Shown here one piece after another: positions 27,092 through 32,000 of a DNA stretch of 32,000 bases (its first letter is position 1; every line of letters begins with the position of its first letter). This stretch comes from Thermosulfurimonas dismutans. GTDB lineage: Bacteria; Desulfobacterota; Thermodesulfobacteria; Thermodesulfobacteriales; Thermodesulfobacteriaceae. The notes below the pieces were generated by a model. It was not told where the DNA came from. It saw nothing but the letters and a program-made list of their open reading frames with translations, and searched no databases. The stretch covers positions 30,001 through 62,000 of the forward strand of contig NZ_LWLG01000010.1 of NCBI RefSeq assembly GCF_001652585.1. The letters run 5' to 3'. The position numbers and the translations under genes are program-made.

Positions 27092-29747
27092 AATTCTTCT
27101 GTTCATTCTGGGGGGCCTTCTGGTATTCTCCTCGAAGGCCTTTTCGCAGATCAAACTGAGGCTCCCCGTACTTATCCTTCCTTTAAAGGAACGGGGGCCG
27201 GTGGAAAGACCTCTCCTCATGAAGAGGCTGAGGGAAGCCTTGGCGGATAGCCTTAAAGGGGAAGGTTTCCGAGTTGAGGTCAACGAAACGCTACCTCCCT
27301 CTTTTTCCGCCCAAGAAGCCCGCAAGCTCCTCGAAAAGGAAGGATATTTCGCCGTTATCTGGGGGACGGTTACGGAGATAGGGGGCGAGGTGAGTGTGGA
27401 TCTTGAGGTCTTACGGAAGGACTGGGAAAACCCACATCATACTTACACCGCCGGGGCCCTTTCGGACTGGCCAGAGATCGAAGATAGGGCCGGAGAGGCT
27501 TTGCTAGCCACTCTGCTTGAGAAACAGAAGGTCCTTGAGATTAAGGTGTCAGGCAACCTGCGGGTTGATGAAGAAGTCATCCTGGAAAAAGTCTCGGTTA
27601 AACCCGGAGAATTTCTTGATCCAGAAAAAGTTCGTAAGGATCTAAAGGCTATTTACAAACTCGGCTATTTCGAGGATGTAAAGGCCGATGTTACCGAAAA
27701 GGAAGGGGGCCTGATCCTCACCTACATTGTTCAGGAAAAACCGGTCATCCGGGAGATCGTCTTTAAGGGGAACAAAGCCATAAGTGAATCCGACCTCAAG
27801 AAGGTGGTAGAGATCAAGCCCCTTTCGGTCCTCAATCTCAAAGAGATAGACAGAGCGGCAGAGACTATAAAGGCCGTATATCAGCAGAAGGGCTATTACC
27901 ACACCCGGGTGATTCCGGAGGTCAAGCCCCTTGCTGGTCGCAGAGTAAAGGTAGTCTTTCACATTAAGGAAGGGCGGAAGCTTTACATCAAGAAGATCGA
28001 TTTTGCAGGCAACCGGGCCTTCTCAGACAAGCAGCTCAAGAAGCTCCTTTCGGTAAGTGAAAAAACGGCCTTCTCTTGGGTAAAAAAGGCCGTCCAGACC
28101 GTAAAGGGCTTTATTTCACCCGAACCCGCGGCCGAACCCGGTGTTTACAGTCTGGCCTTCCTCTACCGGGATCTGTCCAAGATAGAAACCTTTTATCAAA
28201 ATCACGGCTACATTGAAGTCCGCATAGGTGAACCCCGCATCAAAGAAAAGGACGGCTGGGTATACATCACTATTCCCATTGAAGAAGGGCCCCAGTACCG
28301 GGTGGGCCGGGTGGAGGTCATCCAGGACCTTTATCCCAGGGAAAAAATCCTCCAAGCCCTTAGTCTTCCCAAAGAGAAGGCCTTCAGCCGAGAGGCCCTG
28401 CGGCGCGACCAGATGAAGATCGCCGACCTTTTTGCCGACAAGGGTTACGCCTACGCCAAGGTGGACCCGGAACTTAAAAGGCATCCCGAGACCAAGACCG
28501 TAGATGTGACCTTTAAAGTCGACCGGGGCCCCATGGTCTATGTCAACCGCATCGAGATCGAGGGCAACACCAAGACCCGGGACAAGGTCATCCGCCGAGA
28601 ACTCCTGGTGGTGGAACAGCGCCCTTTCAGCGCCACCCGTCTCAAGAAGAGCGAGGGTCGCTTGAGACGTCTGGGGTATTTTGAAGATGTGAGCATCGAG
28701 AAAGAAAAAGGCGTCAAAGAAAATCTTATGGACATCCGAGTAAAGGTCAAAGAACGCCCCACCGGGACCTTCAGTATCGGGGCGGGATACAGTTCGGTGG
28801 ACAAACTCATCTTCATGGGTCAGATCTCCCAGAGAAACTTCCTAGGGAAAGGCCAAACTTTAAGTTTTCAAGGTATTCTCGGGACGCGTTCCAGCCGCTA
28901 CGCCCTCACCTTTGTAGAGCCATATTTCCGTGATACCAAGGTTTCACTCTCGACCAGCCTTTACAACTGGTCTCGGGAATACGAAGATTTCACCCGGGAG
29001 AGCTCCGGGGGAAGCCTGCGGATAGGTTATCTCTTAACGCCCAATTTGAGGATTTACGGGGGATATCGTTATGACGACACCGACCTCACGGATCTTAATC
29101 CCATAATTTCAGATGCCATTAAGGAATCCTTGGATGTCAACATCACCAGTGCCCTGGAAGCCGGCTTAACCTATGACACTCGTAATCGCTGGTTTGTGCC
29201 CACCAGAGGCATGTTCCATCAATTAGACACGGAGCTTGCAGGTCAGTTCCTGGGAGGGGATAGTGAATACCTGAAGACCGTACTGAGTTCCCATTTCTAT
29301 TTCCCTCTCCTTTTTGGCTTTACCGGACACCTCCACCTTGGCGCGGGCTACATTACCGAAGGTTCAGGCAAGAAGGTGCCGGTTTACGAGAAGTTCTATC
29401 TCGGGGGGCTTAACTCCGTACGGGGTTATCGTTATGGAGACATCAGCCCCATTGATCCAGACACCGGAGAACGGATCGGTGGTACCCGCATGTTCTTTCT
29501 CCAGGCCGAGACTATTTTTACGCTCCTTAAGAGCATCGACTTGAAAGGTGTTCTCTTCTTCGATACCGGTACAGTCTGGGACAAGGAACATGGTTTTGAT
29601 ACTTCGGAATTGAGGAAAAGTGTCGGATTCGGTATTCGATGGCTTTCTCCTATGGGCCCCTTGCGGATCGAGTTCGGATGGAATATAGATAAAAAGCCTG
29701 GCGAGGACAGCAGCAACTGGAATTTCCAGTTGGGAGGAAGCTTCTAG
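27063..29747 (+). CDS. bamA: Outer membrane protein assembly factor BamA (five POTRA-like repeats plus a 16-strand barrel) with an extra N-terminal region
   Basis: GTG 27063 lies 7 nt after GGGAGG, and the signal peptide is VKNSLPLRVRILLFILGGLLVFSSKAFSQ. POTRA-like starts are VLEIKVSGN, IREIVFKGN, IKKIDFAGN, VGRVEVIQD and VNRIEIEGN. The C-terminal barrel ends NWNFQLGGSF. Confidence 0.9.
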   Translation: MKNSLPLRVRILLFILGGLLVFSSKAFSQIKLRLPVLILPLKERGPVERPLLMKRLREALADSLKGEGFRVEVNETLPPSFSAQEARKLLEKEGYFAVIWGTVTEIGGEVSVDLEVLRKDWENPHHTYTAGALSDWPEIEDRAGEALLATLLEKQKVLEIKVSGNLRVDEEVILEKVSVKPGEFLDPEKVRKDLKAIYKLGYFEDVKADVTEKEGGLILTYIVQEKPVIREIVFKGNKAISESDLKKVVEIKPLSVLNLKEIDRAAETIKAVYQQKGYYHTRVIPEVKPLAGRRVKVVFHIKEGRKLYIKKIDFAGNRAFSDKQLKKLLSVSEKTAFSWVKKAVQTVKGFISPEPAAEPGVYSLAFLYRDLSKIETFYQNHGYIEVRIGEPRIKEKDGWVYITIPIEEGPQYRVGRVEVIQDLYPREKILQALSLPKEKAFSREALRRDQMKIADLFADKGYAYAKVDPELKRHPETKTVDVTFKVDRGPMVYVNRIEIEGNTKTRDKVIRRELLVVEQRPFSATRLKKSEGRLRRLGYFEDVSIEKEKGVKENLMDIRVKVKERPTGTFSIGAGYSSVDKLIFMGQISQRNFLGKGQTLSFQGILGTRSSRYALTFVEPYFRDTKVSLSTSLYNWSREYEDFTRESSGGSLRIGYLLTPNLRIYGGYRYDDTDLTDLNPIISDAIKESLDVNITSALEAGLTYDTRNRWFVPTRGMFHQLDTELAGQFLGGDSEYLKTVLSSHFYFPLLFGFTGHLHLGAGYITEGSGKKVPVYEKFYLGGLNSVRGYRYGDISPIDPDTGERIGGTRMFFLQAETIFTLLKSIDLKGVLFFDTGTVWDKEHGFDTSELRKSVGFGIRWLSPMGPLRIEFGWNIDKKPGEDSSNWNFQLGGSF

Positions 29748-29762
29748 TTAAAGGAGGTTAAC

Positions 29763-29960
29763 ATGGCTAGGGTTTGTGAGATTTGTGGAAAGCGTCCTCA
29801 TACCGGACACAAAATTAGTCATTCGGCTAAGAGAGCCGGTCGGTGGTGGTATCCCAATCTGCAAAGGGTAAGGGCCAAACTCCCCAATGGCCAGGTCCGG
29901 AGAATCAGGGTCTGTACCCGCTGTCTCAAGGCCGGTAAGGTCCAAAAGGCCGTCCGCTAG
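29763..29960 (+). CDS. rpmB: 50S ribosomal protein L28
   Basis: MARVCEICGKRPHTGHKISHS...RVCTRCLKAGKV is the L28 pattern. AAGGAGG lies upstream. Confidence 0.93.
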   Translation: MARVCEICGKRPHTGHKISHSAKRAGRWWYPNLQRVRAKLPNGQVRRIRVCTRCLKAGKVQKAVR

Positions 29961-32000
29961 GCCATCCGTCTCTCTACTTTTAAAACCCCATCCACGGCCC
30001 GGATATTGGCCATAATTTTTTCGAGATGACTCCGGTCCGTGACCTCTACCACCATGTCAAAGACCGCCCGGCGGTCGGGGGTGGTCCGGACCTCGGCCTT
30101 TAAGATGTTGGCCTCGGCGGAGCTGACCGCGGTTGAAACCGCGGCCAGCATCCCCTTCCGATCATGAGTGATAATAGAAAGTCTTGCCGGATGAGATAGT
30201 CCGTCGGGTTTTTCCCAGCGGACCTCGATCTTCCTTTCATCATCGAGCAAGGGCACATTGGGACAATCCACCCGGTGAACAGAAATCCCCTTCCCCCGGG
30301 TGATGTAGCCTATGACCTCGTCTCCTGGAACGGGATTGCAACAGCGGCTTAAATGGAAAAGAACGTCTCTGGTACCATCTACCGAGAGCGCCTCCCCAGC
30401 TCGCTCAAAAGCCTCGGGACTCAAAGGTTTTTCGGAAGGAGGTTTAGAGGGCGGAGCTGGCTTCTCTTCCCCCAGATATTTTTTAAGAACCTGAAGGGGG
30501 GTTATCTTCCCATAGCCTATGGCCGCAAGGAGGTCCTCCACGCTTTTGTAGGTGAGCTTCTGGGCCACTTCCAAGGCCTTGGGGGACTCCAAAAATTCGG
30601 AAATATTTTGGCGGTGTTTACGGAACTCCTTGGCCAACATTTCCCGACCGGCGGCGATAACCCGTTCCTTCTCTTCTGCACGAAGCCATTGCCGAATCCG
30701 GCTCCGGGCCCGGCTAGTCTTCACAAATTTGAGCCAGTCGCGGCTGGGATGGTGCTGAGGAACGGTATCGATTTTTACGATATCTCCGGTTTGAAGCTGG
30801 TAGTCCAGGGGCACCAATCTTCCGTTGACCCAGGCCCGGGCACAGCGGTGCCCGATCTCGGTGTGGATGGCGTAGGCAAAATCCACCGGGGTGGCCCCCC
30901 GCGGAAGGACCTTGATGTCCCCATTAGGGGTAAAGACATAGACTTCCTCGGGAAAAAGATCCATGCGCAAGGATTCCAGAAATTCCCGGGGGTTCTGAAG
31001 TTCCTTCTGCAGTTCCACCAGGCGTTCTAACCATTCGAATTTTTTACTCTGTTCTGGCGAGAGGATCGCACCCTCTTTGTATAACCAATGGGCTGCAATC
31101 CCTTCGTTGGCGATACGGTCCATCTCCTCGGTGCGAATCTGAATCTCTATGCGTTTTCCCCGCGGCCCCAAAACCGTGGTATGAAGACTCTGATACATAT
31201 TGGGCTTGGGGAGACTGATATAGTCTTTGAAACGGCCAGGGATGGGAAGCCATAGGGCATGGATGATTCCTAGGACTTCGTAACACTCCTTCACGGTCTT
31301 TACGATCACCCGGAAGCCTATGAGATCGTAAATTTGGTCTAACTGATCAATGGTCAAGCCGTAACGCTCCAGTTTGCAATAGACGCTCCAGAGGTGCTTG
31401 GTACGCCCAAGAACCCTGGCCTTGATACCGTGTTTTTCAAGAGTTTCCCGGATGAGCTTTTTCACCTCATCCACATATCCCTGGGCCTCCTCCACCCGCT
31501 TTTCCACCTCGGCTTTGAGCCTTTCATAATCCTCTGGATAGAGATATCGGAAGGAAAGATCCTCGAGTTCCTGTTTTAACCAGTCTATACCTAGACGGCT
31601 GGCAATAGGAGCGTAAATGTCCAAGGTCTCTTGGGCTATACGGCGGCGTTTGTGTTCGGGCTGAAACTCCAGGGTTCGCATGTTGTGGAGCCGGTCGGCG
31701 AGCTTGACCAAAATGACCCTTAGGTCCTTGGCCATGGCCAGAAGCATCTTGCGGAAGTTTTCCGCCTGTTTGTGGAGACGACTGGTGGCCGGAAGGGCCC
31801 CCAGCTTGGTGACCCCATCCACGATCAGGGCCACCTCCTCCCCAAAGTGCCGTTTGATCTCCTCCAGCGTGACCCCGGAATCTTCCACGGTATCGTGAAG
31901 CATACCGGCGGCAATGGTGGGGAGATCCATTTTCATCTGGGAGAGGATGTAAGCCACGGCCAAGGGATGCGAGAGGTAAGGCTCGCCGGATTTCCGGATT
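29957..32000 (-). CDS. rel: Bifunctional (p)ppGpp synthetase/hydrolase of the RelA/SpoT family; N-terminus lies outside the window
   Basis: The frame is open to the window edge (IRKSGEPYLSHPLAVAYIL), so the track start at 31963 is an internal TTG. HDTVEDS marks the HD hydrolase domain. A synthetase core (YQSLHTTV) and TGS- and ACT-like C-terminal regions follow. Confidence 0.92.
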   Translation of the reverse strand, partial: IRKSGEPYLSHPLAVAYILSQMKMDLPTIAAGMLHDTVEDSGVTLEEIKRHFGEEVALIVDGVTKLGALPATSRLHKQAENFRKMLLAMAKDLRVILVKLADRLHNMRTLEFQPEHKRRRIAQETLDIYAPIASRLGIDWLKQELEDLSFRYLYPEDYERLKAEVEKRVEEAQGYVDEVKKLIRETLEKHGIKARVLGRTKHLWSVYCKLERYGLTIDQLDQIYDLIGFRVIVKTVKECYEVLGIIHALWLPIPGRFKDYISLPKPNMYQSLHTTVLGPRGKRIEIQIRTEEMDRIANEGIAAHWLYKEGAILSPEQSKKFEWLERLVELQKELQNPREFLESLRMDLFPEEVYVFTPNGDIKVLPRGATPVDFAYAIHTEIGHRCARAWVNGRLVPLDYQLQTGDIVKIDTVPQHHPSRDWLKFVKTSRARSRIRQWLRAEEKERVIAAGREMLAKEFRKHRQNISEFLESPKALEVAQKLTYKSVEDLLAAIGYGKITPLQVLKKYLGEEKPAPPSKPPSEKPLSPEAFERAGEALSVDGTRDVLFHLSRCCNPVPGDEVIGYITRGKGISVHRVDCPNVPLLDDERKIEVRWEKPDGLSHPARLSIITHDRKGMLAAVSTAVSSAEANILKAEVRTTPDRRAVFDMVVEVTDRSHLEKIMANIRAVDGVLKVERRMA

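Noticed and set aside
30353-31030. A 225-aa plus-strand ORF inside rel.
   Set aside because: It is antisense to the conserved RelA/SpoT synthetase-TGS region and shows no motifs.
1-32000. A visual scan of the whole window for CRISPR-like spaced repeats, long tandem repeats, IS-type terminal inverted repeats, rRNA and tRNA.
   Set aside because: Nothing convincing was found by eye. The only repeat I can support is the pgpA 3' end duplication. A computational repeat and tRNA scan (for example tRNAscan or self-dotplot) would be needed to exclude short or diverged elements.

Overview
This is a gene-dense chromosomal window with about 30 CDS and almost no intergenic space. Hand-counted 60-nt samples give roughly 50-57% GC. 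BamA, a Lol system and a CusCBA pump indicate a diderm bacterium. Glu/Lys/Arg-rich proteins, an Ahb-type siroheme decarboxylase subunit and a SirC-like gene hint at a thermophilic, sulfate-reducer-like lineage, but that is an unverified guess. Gene order, left to right: pnp (3' part), argF, 5-formyl-THF cyclo-ligase, MthK-like K+ channel, pgi, livH-livM-livG plus a binding protein, pgpA, an orphan oversized pilin-like gene, a sirC-like gene, a deoC-rnhA fusion, ubiX, a ubiA-like gene, greA, an ahbA/B-like gene, dedA, a Zn-ribbon gene, ttcA, an SF1 helicase whose frame runs without a stop into cusC, cusB, cusA, lysS, lolC/E, lolD, bamA, rpmB and rel (partial). I recognised no rRNA, tRNA, CRISPR array, transposase or integrase, and I do not see a convincing multi-gene novel system. 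Four things deserve a second look. (1) A helicase and an outer-membrane efflux factor share one uninterrupted 958-codon frame. (2) An apparently intact DeoC-RNase HI fusion protein is present. (3) A roughly 400-aa type IV pilin-like protein has an Ig-like segment, a Gly7 linker and a 35% GC Cys-rich C-terminal module, with no pilus machinery nearby. (4) Next to that gene lies a diverged second copy of the pgpA 3' end sharing a 12-bp perfect core, which looks like a recombination or integration scar. Everything here rests on reading the sequence and remembering family motifs; no searches were run.
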